Origin: Leptospiraceae bacterium
GTDB lineage: Bacteria; Spirochaetota; Leptospiria; Leptospirales; Leptonemataceae
DNA: 64,000 bases
NCBI GenBank assembly: GCA_040217195.1
Contig: JAVJNR010000004.1
Location: 352,001 to 416,000 of the forward strand
Direction of reading: 5' to 3'
Shown here: piece by piece, positions 9,312-19,744 of the stretch
Layout: the number at the start of each line of letters is the position of its first letter
Position numbering within the stretch: position 1 is the stretch's first letter
Made by a program: the position numbers and the translations under genes
Notes under the pieces: generated by a model
Database searches by the model: none
The model's input: only the letters and a program-made list of their open reading frames with translations
What the model was told of the DNA's origin: nothing

Positions 9312-10079
9312 ATGATCTGTCTTTTTCCCGGCTGGAGCCAAAAAGCAATCCGATTGTTGCCCTGCTCGATTGCCCTGCTTGTAAGTGGCTGTATTGGGGT
9401 CACTGCAGTGACCGGAAATCTACCTCGCCCGTCCCTCAGGTCTTGCGAATCGAATGCCCCTGTGCCAGCTCGCGTGGAGATCGAAATGCTGGAATCCAGT
9501 GCCTTCCAGATCATGCATCGTAACAACTTTGACAACTCTGATCTTGAACGAAAATCGAAAGATGCAATTGCACTTATGTTGCTCCGGCATATTCAGAAAC
9601 ATCCAAACCTTACGAATGATCCGGGCGCGAATACTACTGTTCGAATTACTCTGAGGTTGATTGATCCCGGAGAGGATAATTATGATTCAGGAATTTCCTC
9701 ACTGTCTGCAGTCCTCGGATGTTTTACCCTGTATGTAATTCCATTCTATCAAGAAACCGAAGAGTACATTAACATTTCGGTTCTCCACAGGGGGAGAATC
9801 ATTGAGCAGAATCGATATGTTTACCATCATTTGCGCTACCTGAGCTGGCTAATGATTCCCTTCCAGATTTTATACGGATTCCACAGCCCGAACTGGGGAG
9901 CAACTACCTCCGGAATCAATTATGATAGAGCACTTGCAGAGGTAAAACCAGTGATTGATGCGGATCTGAGAAATGTGCTCTGCAATATCCAAGATACGCC
10001 TCCTGCACCGGAGCTCCCGACCAGTCCAGATGGGCCACCAAGCGGAGGAGGTCAGGTAGATAGCTCTATTGAAATCTAA
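9312..10079 (+). CDS. Hypothetical lipoprotein (paralog of 10101..10886)
   Basis: Lipobox-like VSGC; shares blocks with the downstream gene. Confidence 0.7.
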   Translation: MICLFPGWSQKAIRLLPCSIALLVSGCIGVTAVTGNLPRPSLRSCESNAPVPARVEIEMLESSAFQIMHRNNFDNSDLERKSKDAIALMLLRHIQKHPNLTNDPGANTTVRITLRLIDPGEDNYDSGISSLSAVLGCFTLYVIPFYQETEEYINISVLHRGRIIEQNRYVYHHLRYLSWLMIPFQILYGFHSPNWGATTSGINYDRALAEVKPVIDADLRNVLCNIQDTPPAPELPTSPDGPPSGGGQVDSSIEI

Positions 10080-10100
10080 TCTTTGCATTAGAATACAATA

Positions 10101-10886
10101 GTGCACGGTTTCCCTTACATGGTTCGAATAAGAAAGAGTAAGTGCATACACAAACAGTTCAGGAGAGTTATTTTACTGATTCTGATGGTTTGTACTCTGG
10201 CTGTGCAGGCCAGTTGTTTTACCACTCATGCTATTGCGGGAAACTATGAATATGATTCGGCGGTCACATGCAGTTCCACCGATCCAGTGCCAGTAAGTAT
10301 CAGCATTGATTATCTGAAAACCCCGAGATATAAAGAGTCCCATCGAGATTTTCTCGATTCCTCCAGTTCCGAGAGGAAACTAAAGTCAACAATTGCAAAA
10401 CTGGTTCGCTCCTATATTGCCTCTTCTCCGGATCTGGTAATTTCTGAAAAAGCAGAAACAGAGATCAGGATTACAATGCAGCTCATCGATTCGGGAGAGA
10501 ATAACTATCCGTCCACTCGCTCCAGGATCACAATTTTGATGAGCTGTCTTACACTTCTGGTCCTGCCCGGCTATACCGAGGCAGAAGAACAGATTCAAAT
10601 TTCCGTTTATCATCAAGACCGGCAGATAGATAAAAATCGCTATGTATTCTATCTGACCGATTACATGAGCTGGCTAATGATTCCGTTCAATATACTCTAC
10701 ACAGCCCATCAGCCGGATTGGGGAGTTACACCCAACGACATTGACTATGAATACGCTTTGAAAGATCTAGAACCTGCCATTCATGCAGATCTACGAAAGA
10801 CTCTTTGTCATGAATCCGGGAAACCTCCAGCCCCCGGGCTATCTCCAGAGGAAGAGGTCCAGAAAAAGGGCAGCCGCTCCAAGTAG
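10101..10886 (+). CDS. Hypothetical lipoprotein (paralog of 9312..10079)
   Basis: Signal ending QASC; shared motifs LID.GE.NY, NRYV, Y.SWLMIPF, P.WG, ADLR..LC. Confidence 0.7.
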   Translation: MHGFPYMVRIRKSKCIHKQFRRVILLILMVCTLAVQASCFTTHAIAGNYEYDSAVTCSSTDPVPVSISIDYLKTPRYKESHRDFLDSSSSERKLKSTIAKLVRSYIASSPDLVISEKAETEIRITMQLIDSGENNYPSTRSRITILMSCLTLLVLPGYTEAEEQIQISVYHQDRQIDKNRYVFYLTDYMSWLMIPFNILYTAHQPDWGVTPNDIDYEYALKDLEPAIHADLRKTLCHESGKPPAPGLSPEEEVQKKGSRSK

Positions 10887-10989
10887 ATTGCGTGGGCCGG
10901 GATTTTACTTCAGCCTGGCCTGGAAAGCCGAATCTGATCAGGTTTGAAGTCCCGGGTACCTGCTGATGCGCAGATCTGTGTCTTTTACC

Positions 10990-12048
10990 TCAATGAGTTT
11001 GCAGAAAGCGATCTTCCTTCTTACGAAAATTGCGTGCATAGACTCGATCCCGGAAAAAGGTTCCTTTTCTGTCCAGCATAGAGCTGAATAGCTGAGCCTT
11101 CCAGCCCGATCCCAGAGCGGAGTATTGACCTATATCGCTCAGATCCACAGATCCATTGGTTGCGATAGCCCTGGCTGTGCGAATTCCGCTTTCAATGGCC
11201 GGTCCAATGCCTTCGGCAAGATCGCAGGTGGCCAGTCCAGCCGAATCGCCAACAATGAATGCATTTTCATGTTGAGTCTTTTTCGCTCGTTGTCGCACAA
11301 AATAGGTATGACCTTTAGGTTTCCAGTCATGTCCCTTCACCAATCCCAGGTCTTGCATTTTCCGGGTTAGTAGATCCCAGTGCTTTCGCAGAGTAATCTG
11401 AGAGTTTTTCATATGTTCGGAAAAGCCGCCAATTCCAACGTTAATATACCCACCGGCCTTGGGCACATACCAGGAATAGCCGGGTAAACCATGCTCCCCC
11501 AGCCAGAGAATGCAGCGTTCATCGGACCAGTTGTAAGGAAACTCCTGTTCCAGAGCCCCCACCTGATAGGATGCACCTCTGGGGTTCAGATCTGCAAATA
11601 GCTGTCTAAATACCGGACAGTGAGTACCGCCTGCTCCCACAAGAAAAGGGGCTTTATACTGATCATCAATGATGTAGCAGTCTTCTTTTCGGATTTCCTT
11701 CACTGGATGTACATGAAACTCTGCTTTCGATCTCTTCAATAGCCAATGATCGAATTCATAGCGTCGAATGGAATACTGAGTAGTGTCCCAGGTAAGTGGC
11801 TTCTTTTTTTTGAGCCCGAAATACTCTGCATGGATTTCATTGAATGTAACTATCCCTTCCGGATATTCATCCGGCCCGATTTGTAGACTTTCCAGCACGC
11901 CAGGAGTGATCCATCCTGCACATAGCTTGGTTCGGGGAAAGGACTCCTTATCCAGAATTATGCAATCCAGTCCAGACTTCTTCAATTCATGGGCACAGCT
12001 GGACCCTCCGGGCCCTCCACCTACTATAATGACATCCGTTTCAATCAT
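10990..12048 (-). CDS. FAD-dependent oxidoreductase, geranylgeranyl reductase family (TmpA-like candidate)
   Basis: VIIVGGGPGG, FPRTKLCAGW, RYEFDHWL, GYSWYVPK, VGDSAGLA...EGIGPAIESG. Confidence 0.85.
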   Translation of the reverse strand: MIETDVIIVGGGPGGSSCAHELKKSGLDCIILDKESFPRTKLCAGWITPGVLESLQIGPDEYPEGIVTFNEIHAEYFGLKKKKPLTWDTTQYSIRRYEFDHWLLKRSKAEFHVHPVKEIRKEDCYIIDDQYKAPFLVGAGGTHCPVFRQLFADLNPRGASYQVGALEQEFPYNWSDERCILWLGEHGLPGYSWYVPKAGGYINVGIGGFSEHMKNSQITLRKHWDLLTRKMQDLGLVKGHDWKPKGHTYFVRQRAKKTQHENAFIVGDSAGLATCDLAEGIGPAIESGIRTARAIATNGSVDLSDIGQYSALGSGWKAQLFSSMLDRKGTFFRDRVYARNFRKKEDRFLQTH

Positions 12049-12050
12049 TC

Positions 12051-13409
12051 CTAACTTCCTTTGCCGCTGGCTACTACAGCTCTTCTATTTCTTTCGGGTT
12101 TCTTACCATTTCTAGATCCCCGGTTTCCCGATTTTGCAAGAGGTTCTCCAGACCACGGAGATTCCAGGCCAAGATAATGATGCCTGGTAAGCGGGGCATC
12201 GTTAATGTATCCCTTATGCAATAATAGCTGAACCAGAGTTAATCCTCCATAGCGGAAGGCAGCGGCCGATCCGCGAAGATACATTCTGAACATTCGCACA
12301 AAGGATTCTCCGTACTGCTCGCGAATCCAGGGAACATTCTTTTCGAACCTCTTGCTCCAGTGATCAAGGGTAAGAGCATAATGATATCTCAGGTTTTCCA
12401 TATCTGCAACGAAAAACGGGCGATCTCTTTTTTCCACAGGTCCCAGCATTTCTGCATGCGAAGGGATTCTTCCTCCCGGAAATATGTATTTTTCCAGCCA
12501 GGGATCCGTCTTTTGACTCCAGACCCTGGAAATACTATGGACCAGCGCCATGCCTCCGTCCCCCAGGACGCGATAAATCATGTCATAGAATAGCTGATAA
12601 TTCCTGAGACCGACATGCTCAAGCATGCCGATGGAAACAAATTTATCATATTTCCTTTTTTCATCTCCAATTGAGCGATAATCATCCAGTACATATTCTA
12701 GCTGACTTTCCGGAATTCCTTCCCGTCTGGCCTTCTGACGGGCGTACTCTACCTGTTCTGTGGAAATATTAAAGGATCGAACTATGGCTCCGTAGTTTTT
12801 AGCCATATGAAATCCAAGTCCGCCCCAGCCACAACCTGCCTCCACCACTCGATCTCCAGGCTGAATTCTTAACTTGCGACAAACTAGATCCAGCTTCTGT
12901 TTCTGCGCTTTTTCCAGGGAATCCGAAGGCTGTTGAAAATAAGCGCAAGTATACTGCATTCGTTCATCCAGCCAAAGGGAATAGAAGTCGTTTCCCAGGT
13001 CATAATGATGCGCGATGTTCTTTCGCGCCCTTTTTCTGGTGGGATGGGTCTGGATTAGACGAAAGTAGAATTTCAATATCTCCAGCGGTCCAGGATGCAA
13101 TCCGCCCAGCCCCAGATGGCCGCCCAGGTGCTGTAGCTCCTGAATATCTCCGTCTATATCGATATCTCCACCCATATAGGATTCGCCAAAACCCATGCTT
13201 CCTCTGCGAAGCACATCCTCTAGAGCTCCCCTGACTTTGAAGTGCATGGTAAACACTGGGCCCGTGATTCTTCGACTTCGATGGTATGCGGTGGGACCAT
13301 CCAGATCATCGCGACCTTGATGGTCATAGATTTCACCATCATGAAAAACGATTCTATACGGTAGCGGAAATTCAGTGCGCTTTAATAGGTCTATGAATGC
13401 TCTTTTCAT
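12051..13409 (-). CDS. Cyclopropane-fatty-acid-synthase-family SAM-dependent methyltransferase (Cfa/TmpB-like)
   Basis: IAHHYDLGNDFY, YTCAYF, EAGCGWGG, SIGMLEHVG, KYIFPGG, HYALTL..W. Confidence 0.9.
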   Translation of the reverse strand: MKRAFIDLLKRTEFPLPYRIVFHDGEIYDHQGRDDLDGPTAYHRSRRITGPVFTMHFKVRGALEDVLRRGSMGFGESYMGGDIDIDGDIQELQHLGGHLGLGGLHPGPLEILKFYFRLIQTHPTRKRARKNIAHHYDLGNDFYSLWLDERMQYTCAYFQQPSDSLEKAQKQKLDLVCRKLRIQPGDRVVEAGCGWGGLGFHMAKNYGAIVRSFNISTEQVEYARQKARREGIPESQLEYVLDDYRSIGDEKRKYDKFVSIGMLEHVGLRNYQLFYDMIYRVLGDGGMALVHSISRVWSQKTDPWLEKYIFPGGRIPSHAEMLGPVEKRDRPFFVADMENLRYHYALTLDHWSKRFEKNVPWIREQYGESFVRMFRMYLRGSAAAFRYGGLTLVQLLLHKGYINDAPLTRHHYLGLESPWSGEPLAKSGNRGSRNGKKPERNRRAVVASGKGS

Positions 13410-13718
13410 TTCTCTCTCCTGATGGTATTAGTATGACAGGAAAAGTGAGATGCGGTTGCATCGAAAAGCTGTACCCTTCTCCACATATACATCCGTTGAT
13501 GCTTTTTTATGCATTTCAAGAGGATTTTTTCCTGAGTAACGAGCGTTACGCTTCACAGGACGTTAGCGATTCCCGCAGGACATTGCCCGGCACCTGATTT
13601 TCCAATCTGGATGGAATCCATTCACCCGGAACTACCCGGACTTCAGGGAGTCAGATACAATCTGCGAGAAAATTTCTTGCTTAACGATCGATAGAGAACA
13701 GATTTCATCAGGCTACTC

Positions 13719-15962
13719 ATGAGGATTCTATCGATGAAAAATCAGGCGATTGCCTGCATTTCCCTTCTAGGCATTTCTAGCCTGTTGCCTGTTTCCATAT
13801 ACGGGCAGCCACTGGAATCCCGTGCCGGGGAGCCTGAACTTGAGAATCGCAAGGAGATAATATTTGGCGGTTCCAGAAACTATGCACCGTTCGAATGGAT
13901 CTCCTCGGACGGTAATCTTCAGGGGTTTCTGATAGACCTGGAGGATTCCCTGGCACGAAAAGCAGGTCTCCAGGCAGTGCATCGTCAAAGGGACTGGGAT
14001 ACTGTCATACAGGAGTTGCGAGAAGGAAAAGTAGATGTGGTACCTATGTTCCACTCCGAGCAGAGAGCCAGCTATTTTCGCTTTTCTCCGCCCATCTATT
14101 ATCTAACTCATGGAATATTTTCTAGAAAAGACGGACCGATCGCCTCCAGACCGGAGGAGCTTGTAGGACGAACCGTGGCTGTTGTTCGAAATGGATATGC
14201 TTCGGATCAACTGAGAGGTCTACATCCAGAAGTTGAGCAATACGAAACAGTAGACATTAGAGAATCTCTACGAGCGATTGAATCTGGAACGGCCGAGTTT
14301 GCAGTGCTTTCGCGGCCGGTGGCCAGAAGATTCATTGAAGAGGAAAGCCTGGGTGTGCATGAGGTGAGTCCTCCATTCTGGCCACGAGCCTATGTCTTCG
14401 CAGTAAAGAAAGAAAACGAAGCACTCTATCAATGGCTTATCTATCGCCTGGCTCTACAGAAGGCTACAGGAGATTATTACCGTATCTATGGACAATGGGA
14501 AGATCAGCTGGAATGGTCCAGACCAAGTTTCCTGGATTTCTTGAAGCAATATAGCTGGACAGTTCTGGTTTTTCTGGGATTGCTTTTCGCTGGATTCGCC
14601 TGGTCCTACACTTTGCGCCGGGAAGTGGGCCGAAGAACCAGGGAGCTTCAAAGCGAACTCAGGCTACGAAAAGCAGCGGAAGAACGGGCCGCCTACAGAG
14701 CAAGCCATGATCTGCTAACCGGACTGCCCAATCGAATTCAATTCCTGGAAGACCTGGAAAATTCCGGCATAACAGCCGATGAACCAGTAAGCATTCTTGC
14801 AATCAAACTACGTGGAATTGAAGAAATAATTCTGACCTTTGGTTACGAGTCAGGGGAAGCCTTGCTGTATAGCTTCGCCGAACGATTGAAGTCTACCGAA
14901 AGCATTGCAGTATCGCACCTTGGTCGAGGAGAGTTTATCCTGGCTCGAAAAGCAAGTCCAACTGCGACGCGTATTTTGAGCACAATTAGCAGCCCTCTGG
15001 AACTGGATAAGATGGAGATAGATCCCAGCCTGGCCATCGGATTCAGCACGGAACCATTGAATCATATCCCCCCGACTGAGCTATTGCGAAGAGCTCGTAC
15101 CGCACTCAGTGCTGCTATAGAACGCAGACGCCCGTGGCAGGAGTATGCCCCTTCCATAGAGCCCAATCGAGAGGCCATTTCCTTGCTACGAGATTTCTGG
15201 CAGTCCGGAACCCGGGATTTTGTAGCTTACTTTCAGCCGCAGGTGCATCTTCGAAGCAATAGCATTGTAGGTGCCGAGGCCCTGGTCCGATGGCAGCATC
15301 CAAAACTGGGATTGCTTTCTCCCGGCTCATTCGTGCCAATTCTGGAACGAACCGGCGCAATCCATCACATCACCGGTTTGATGCTGGAGAAAGGCATAGA
15401 GTTTGCATCCAACTTGCGCAAGGAGGGATCCCCCTGTCATGTCTCGGTTAATGTTGGAACCTCAGACCTCCTGGAGCATGATCTTGTTTCTCAGGTGGAG
15501 CAGGTCTTAAAGCTCCATGATGCACGGCCGGAGGACCTATCCCTTGAGATGACTGAAACTGGCCTGGTTTCGGAGCCTGGCCCGGTGGGTATTGTATTGC
15601 ATCGATTACGGGAAATGAACATTCAATGCTCCATTGATGACTTTGGTACAGGTTACTCCTCTCTTTCCTATCTGAGCGAATTTCCAGTGACCGGGATCAA
15701 GATAGACCGGGAATTTGTGGGTACCATGCTCTCCGATAGTCGTAAGAGAGCCATTGTAGAATCCAGCGTTGGTCTGGCACATGCCATGGATCTGAGTGTG
15801 GTTGCGGAAGGGCCGGAAGATCAAGCTACCCTGGAAGCTCTGGAACAAATGGGATGCGATCTGGCCCAGGGCTATGTCTATGCTCCTCCCATGCCTGCCA
15901 ATGAGTTCCAGGACTACTTTCGATCATTCAATGCCAGCGCAGATAGCCAGAATGGCGGCTAA
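13719..15962 (+). CDS. Periplasmic binding domain + TM + degenerate GGDEF + EAL c-di-GMP phosphodiesterase
   Basis: NYAPFEW..G..GF.ID (SBP family 3), HDLLTGLPNR, LGRGEF in place of GGDEF, EALVRW, DDFGTG, QGY. Confidence 0.9.
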   Translation: MRILSMKNQAIACISLLGISSLLPVSIYGQPLESRAGEPELENRKEIIFGGSRNYAPFEWISSDGNLQGFLIDLEDSLARKAGLQAVHRQRDWDTVIQELREGKVDVVPMFHSEQRASYFRFSPPIYYLTHGIFSRKDGPIASRPEELVGRTVAVVRNGYASDQLRGLHPEVEQYETVDIRESLRAIESGTAEFAVLSRPVARRFIEEESLGVHEVSPPFWPRAYVFAVKKENEALYQWLIYRLALQKATGDYYRIYGQWEDQLEWSRPSFLDFLKQYSWTVLVFLGLLFAGFAWSYTLRREVGRRTRELQSELRLRKAAEERAAYRASHDLLTGLPNRIQFLEDLENSGITADEPVSILAIKLRGIEEIILTFGYESGEALLYSFAERLKSTESIAVSHLGRGEFILARKASPTATRILSTISSPLELDKMEIDPSLAIGFSTEPLNHIPPTELLRRARTALSAAIERRRPWQEYAPSIEPNREAISLLRDFWQSGTRDFVAYFQPQVHLRSNSIVGAEALVRWQHPKLGLLSPGSFVPILERTGAIHHITGLMLEKGIEFASNLRKEGSPCHVSVNVGTSDLLEHDLVSQVEQVLKLHDARPEDLSLEMTETGLVSEPGPVGIVLHRLREMNIQCSIDDFGTGYSSLSYLSEFPVTGIKIDREFVGTMLSDSRKRAIVESSVGLAHAMDLSVVAEGPEDQATLEALEQMGCDLAQGYVYAPPMPANEFQDYFRSFNASADSQNGG

Positions 15963-16123
15963 ACCCTTCAGGTCGTCGAAGGCAGAAAAATTAGCTATCA
16001 GATAGGCCATGCATGGTCCCACCCAGAGCTAATTGCTGTTTGATCCACCGAATGAAAAACCATCTGCATCAAAATATGTGCCCGGGAACTCGAAGACCCC
16101 TGTATGCCTGAATGAATTCAGGT

Positions 16124-16489
16124 TCAACGGCCTGCCATACCGGGCTTCCAGAAAGAACCGGATAACTCAAAGCCCATCAATTTCTCCGCTGCATCCGGCT
16201 CCTGCTGATCCGATATAGAAAGATCCACGGCCAGATGTACTGGTAGAAGTATTGTATCCAGAGCAAAGCTCAAGGGAAGATCAACAAGACAGAGAAATCT
16301 AAAACCCGGACCCACGGAGCCATGGCCCAGAGAGTCATCCAGAACGAAGGCAAGATCTAGAGCAGTTCCCCGATAATACATATCATCCTGCTCGTAATCG
16401 AGCTGGGAGAGGATGGAGGCACAGCCAGTGAGGTTGGTAACCATCAGCAAGGAGGTGAGTAAGAGCGACAGGGATAAATAACGAATCAT
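16124..16489 (-). CDS. YceK/YidQ-family lipoprotein
   Basis: LTGCAS lipobox, YRGT, DLPLSFALDTILLP. Confidence 0.85.
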   Translation of the reverse strand: MIRYLSLSLLLTSLLMVTNLTGCASILSQLDYEQDDMYYRGTALDLAFVLDDSLGHGSVGPGFRFLCLVDLPLSFALDTILLPVHLAVDLSISDQQEPDAAEKLMGFELSGSFWKPGMAGR

Positions 16490-16582
16490 GGTATTTGCAA
16501 ATTGGCAGGGTACCCGGCAAATTAAGGAAAGCCTTTTCCTGGTCTGGCATTGAGTTTTCCGGGATCCTGGCCTCTTTACCCC

Positions 16583-16617
16583 AAAAAAAAAGCCCTCGCT
16601 ACGGAGGGCTTTTCTTT
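16583..16617 (-). terminator. Rho-independent terminator downstream of the lipL71-like gene (symmetrical)
   Basis: A9-GCCCTC-gctacg-GAGGGC-TTTT. Confidence 0.8.
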
Positions 16618-16651
16618 GGCTGGCTAGTTCGCCCGCCGCATTTGGGTCGAT

Positions 16652-18004
16652 TTACTCTACGTTCTCTCGATCCATGTCAGTGGAATCATCGGAATCCATG
16701 TTCTCCACTTCTTCCTTTTCCGGTTTTGTTACAGGACCGGACTTAGGAGGAATGTCGAATACCTGACCTGGATAGATCAGATTTGGATTCTTGATCTTGT
16801 CTCGATTCGCCTCATAGATTCGCTTCCACAGGAAGGGATTTCCATAGGTTTCTCGAAGGCCGGAAATTCTCCATAGAGTATCAGCTGGACGGCGTTTCTT
16901 AACAGTATACTTCTTCCACCCTTCAGAAGTCGTTTCCGTACTTCTTTCAGCGATTGCAGTTCCCGTTTTTTCAGCCACTACCTGAGCCAGTCTAAGAGCT
17001 TCTTTGGATTCTGCGATGGACTCTTCGTAGTTCTCTTCATCCAGGTTCGTGCCAGCTTCAGTCAGAGCTTCCTTTGCTGCCCGGAGAAATTCACCGATGC
17101 TTTGAACTTCTGCCTGGCTTCCGCGACGTTTAAAGCCAGCAAATCGTTTGTCTGCAGTTCCTACCGCCAGGTCTGCTTCTGCTTTTAGCTTCTTTGCATA
17201 GGCTGGTAGGGCTGCTTCCAGAGCAGCACGAGCCAGTTCCTCTGACTTTTCGATAGACATAGCGCCATCTTTAAGCATGTCATCGTTGATTAGATCACGA
17301 GCGTTCTGAATCTCTTCCTGGGCTGCAGCATACTCTTCAGGAGCTGTTTTTTCAGCTTCGTAGGAGCGGGCTTTTTCCAGGATAGACTCGGCTCCTGAAA
17401 GACTGGAAAGTAACTGGTCTTTCTGGGCCAGGGCCGTGGCACGAGCTTTGGCCGCAGCATCCTGAGATTGCTGATAGTTTTGATAAGCAGTTCTGTATTG
17501 ATCCAGGATATTTCCGGATTCAACAGCAGTCATGGCATCGCCCTGATCGGCGGCTCCGGATTTCGCATCCTTTGCTTTTGCATGCTCCTGATCGCCTTTG
17601 TCTTTCAGAAGTTTTGCAGATTCGAAATCATCAGTGGCTAACTTTTCTGCGTACGCCTCATCGGCGCTGGCAATTAGTTCCTGCGCTTTCTTTTCCATGT
17701 CGGCCGTAAATGGGCCTACAGAGTCCAGCCGAGCTTTTGTTGCAGTGGCATCGGCAGCTAGAGCCGTAGCTTTTGCTGCATCGTTTTCGCCAGCAACCAG
17801 TTGATCATGTGCTTCTTTCAGACTTGCTACTGCTGCATCGAATTCATCCGACGCATGTGTTTCTGCCTGTTCCTGTTCTGCCAGGGCTATTTCCTGACGA
17901 GCATCACTAAGCTCTTGAACAGGAGCCGTGCTGGCGCATTGCATTACGAACAACGCCAGTACACCCACCATTGCGGGCTTTAGAATATTTGCTATACTTC
18001 CCAT
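16652..18004 (-). CDS. LipL71/LruA-like lipoprotein with a C-terminal LysM domain
   Basis: VMQC lipobox, Ala/Glu-rich helical repeats, YTV...DTLWRIS...[14 protein letters not shown]...NPNLIYPGQ. Confidence 0.8.
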   Translation of the reverse strand: MGSIANILKPAMVGVLALFVMQCASTAPVQELSDARQEIALAEQEQAETHASDEFDAAVASLKEAHDQLVAGENDAAKATALAADATATKARLDSVGPFTADMEKKAQELIASADEAYAEKLATDDFESAKLLKDKGDQEHAKAKDAKSGAADQGDAMTAVESGNILDQYRTAYQNYQQSQDAAAKARATALAQKDQLLSSLSGAESILEKARSYEAEKTAPEEYAAAQEEIQNARDLINDDMLKDGAMSIEKSEELARAALEAALPAYAKKLKAEADLAVGTADKRFAGFKRRGSQAEVQSIGEFLRAAKEALTEAGTNLDEENYEESIAESKEALRLAQVVAEKTGTAIAERSTETTSEGWKKYTVKKRRPADTLWRISGLRETYGNPFLWKRIYEANRDKIKNPNLIYPGQVFDIPPKSGPVTKPEKEEVENMDSDDSTDMDRENVE

Positions 18005-18037
18005 TTGTTCCTCCAGATAGTTGCAGGACCCGATTCA

Positions 18038-18070
18038 AATAAAATGGCCGACTTTCGGGGAGCCGGCCAT
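18038..18070 (-). terminator. Hairpin/terminator between the STAS and lipL71-like genes
   Basis: Minus strand ATGGCCGGCT-ccccgaa-AGTCGGCCAT-TTTATT. Confidence 0.6.
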
Positions 18071-18106
18071 CTCAAATTCACGGGATCCATCTTCCCGAAC
18101 GGGATA

Positions 18107-18445
18107 TCAAGACTTGAATGCAGCCAGTGCATCCGCCTCGGAATCATAAATTTCAAAGAAAGATGTTAGCTTGGTGAGCTCAAAAACCTTTCTTACGGAC
18201 CCGGATACATTAGTGATCTTCAGCCCACCCTGATATTTCTTCAGGTTAGATAGACTGGAGATCAGAGCTCCAATACCGGACGAGTCAATGTAGGATACGC
18301 GATCCAAATTGATTACAACATTATACTTCTTCTCTTCGATGAGCTTATTAATAAGCTCCTTAATCTCTGGTGCATTGTAGAGATCAATCTCCCCGTTTAC
18401 ATCCAGAATGACTATATCGCCGCTTTCTCTTCTGGAAATTTCCAT
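18107..18445 (-). CDS. STAS-domain anti-sigma factor antagonist (RsbV/SpoIIAA-like)
   Basis: GEIDLYNAP, YIDSSGIGAL phosphoacceptor motif. Confidence 0.93.
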   Translation of the reverse strand: MEISRRESGDIVILDVNGEIDLYNAPEIKELINKLIEEKKYNVVINLDRVSYIDSSGIGALISSLSNLKKYQGGLKITNVSGSVRKVFELTKLTSFFEIYDSEADALAAFKS

Positions 18446-18531
18446 AACTGACTGTCCTGAAAAACCCCGTTAATTTTTGTTTTCCTGAGATGATAACCAG
18501 GATAGGTGGCTGTCAACATAAAAAATCAAAG

Positions 18532-19656
18532 TCAAAATCCGATTTTTTTCCAACCCTCATAAAAGGACAGAAACTGCCCTCTTTGGATAGACTGTCGGGC
18601 CATCACAAAGAAGTCAAAGAAGAATTGTAAATTGTGTACGGTTAAGAGTCTTAAAGCTGTTATTTCTCCGGCCCGGAGTAAATGTCTAATATAACCTTTG
18701 CTAAAACGACGGCATGCCCGGCATTTGCATTGAGAATCCAGGGGCTCCTGGCTTTCCGTATGAATCGCATTGCGCAGATTTAATTTCCCCTGTCTTGTAT
18801 AAGCAATTCCATGCCTTGCATTTCTAGTAGGCAATACGCAGTCGAATAGATCAACTCCACAACGAATGGCTTCCAGGAAATCGGGAATTGTGCCTACGCC
18901 CATCAAATATCGCGGACGGTCTGGATCCAGTTCAGGCCCAAGATGATGAAGCACTCTATAGAAGTCTTCTCTGCTTTCACCAACTGAAAGACCTCCAATA
19001 GCAATGCCTGCGAAGGGCAAACTCTGGATCAATTTCAAAGATTCGGAACGTAAATCTGTATCGATTCCTCCCTGAGCAATGCCAAACAGGTTCTGATCTT
19101 GAAATCGGCCCTTCTGCTTTCGGGTTTCGAAGTATTCCAGCGATGTACGAGCCCAGCTATGAGTTCTTTCCAGAGATTCAGCCAGACGTTTTTCATCAGC
19201 ATCGCCCGGTGGACAATCATCCAGAACCATCATGATGTCAGATCCAAGCATTTCCTGAATATCAATCACCTTCTCAGGAGTAAAGAGATGGCGACTTCCA
19301 TCGATATGGCTCTGGAATTCTACGCCCCCTTTCACAAATTTTCTCATGGCTGCCAGGCTAAATACCTGAAATCCCCCTGAATCAGTGAGGATGGCTCCCT
19401 TCCAATCCATGAATTTCTTAACACCACCGAAAGTGCCAATGGTCTGGCCGGGCCTTAGATATAAATGATAGGTATTTGCAAGAATAAGCTCATAACCCAT
19501 ATCCTCTAGATCGTAAGAGTCCAGGGTTTTCACTGCTGCCTGGGTGCCTACCGGCATAAACATGGGAGTTTGAATCCTGGTTGGGCCCAGGTGCAGTTCT
19601 CCAGTTCTTGCCAGACAACCTGGATCTCGATCGAATTGCTGGAAGTTAAGGCTCAT
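18532..19656 (-). CDS. tgt: Queuine tRNA-guanine transglycosylase
   Basis: FMPVGT, ANTYHLYLRPG, TDSGGFQVFSL, FDCVLPTR, CxCxxC Zn site. Confidence 0.96.
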   Translation of the reverse strand: MSLNFQQFDRDPGCLARTGELHLGPTRIQTPMFMPVGTQAAVKTLDSYDLEDMGYELILANTYHLYLRPGQTIGTFGGVKKFMDWKGAILTDSGGFQVFSLAAMRKFVKGGVEFQSHIDGSRHLFTPEKVIDIQEMLGSDIMMVLDDCPPGDADEKRLAESLERTHSWARTSLEYFETRKQKGRFQDQNLFGIAQGGIDTDLRSESLKLIQSLPFAGIAIGGLSVGESREDFYRVLHHLGPELDPDRPRYLMGVGTIPDFLEAIRCGVDLFDCVLPTRNARHGIAYTRQGKLNLRNAIHTESQEPLDSQCKCRACRRFSKGYIRHLLRAGEITALRLLTVHNLQFFFDFFVMARQSIQRGQFLSFYEGWKKIGF

Positions 19657-19744
19657 AGATACCAGGAACCATTTCCTGTACTGCCTGAAAAAGGAAAGGA
19701 AAACCCGCTTTACTGTTACGGAACTCCAATAAGGTTCAGTAACA

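Noticed and set aside
18490..18516. TTGACA...TATCAT promoter for the STAS gene on the minus strand
   Set aside because: The spacer is only 15 bp; plausible but not well enough supported to list
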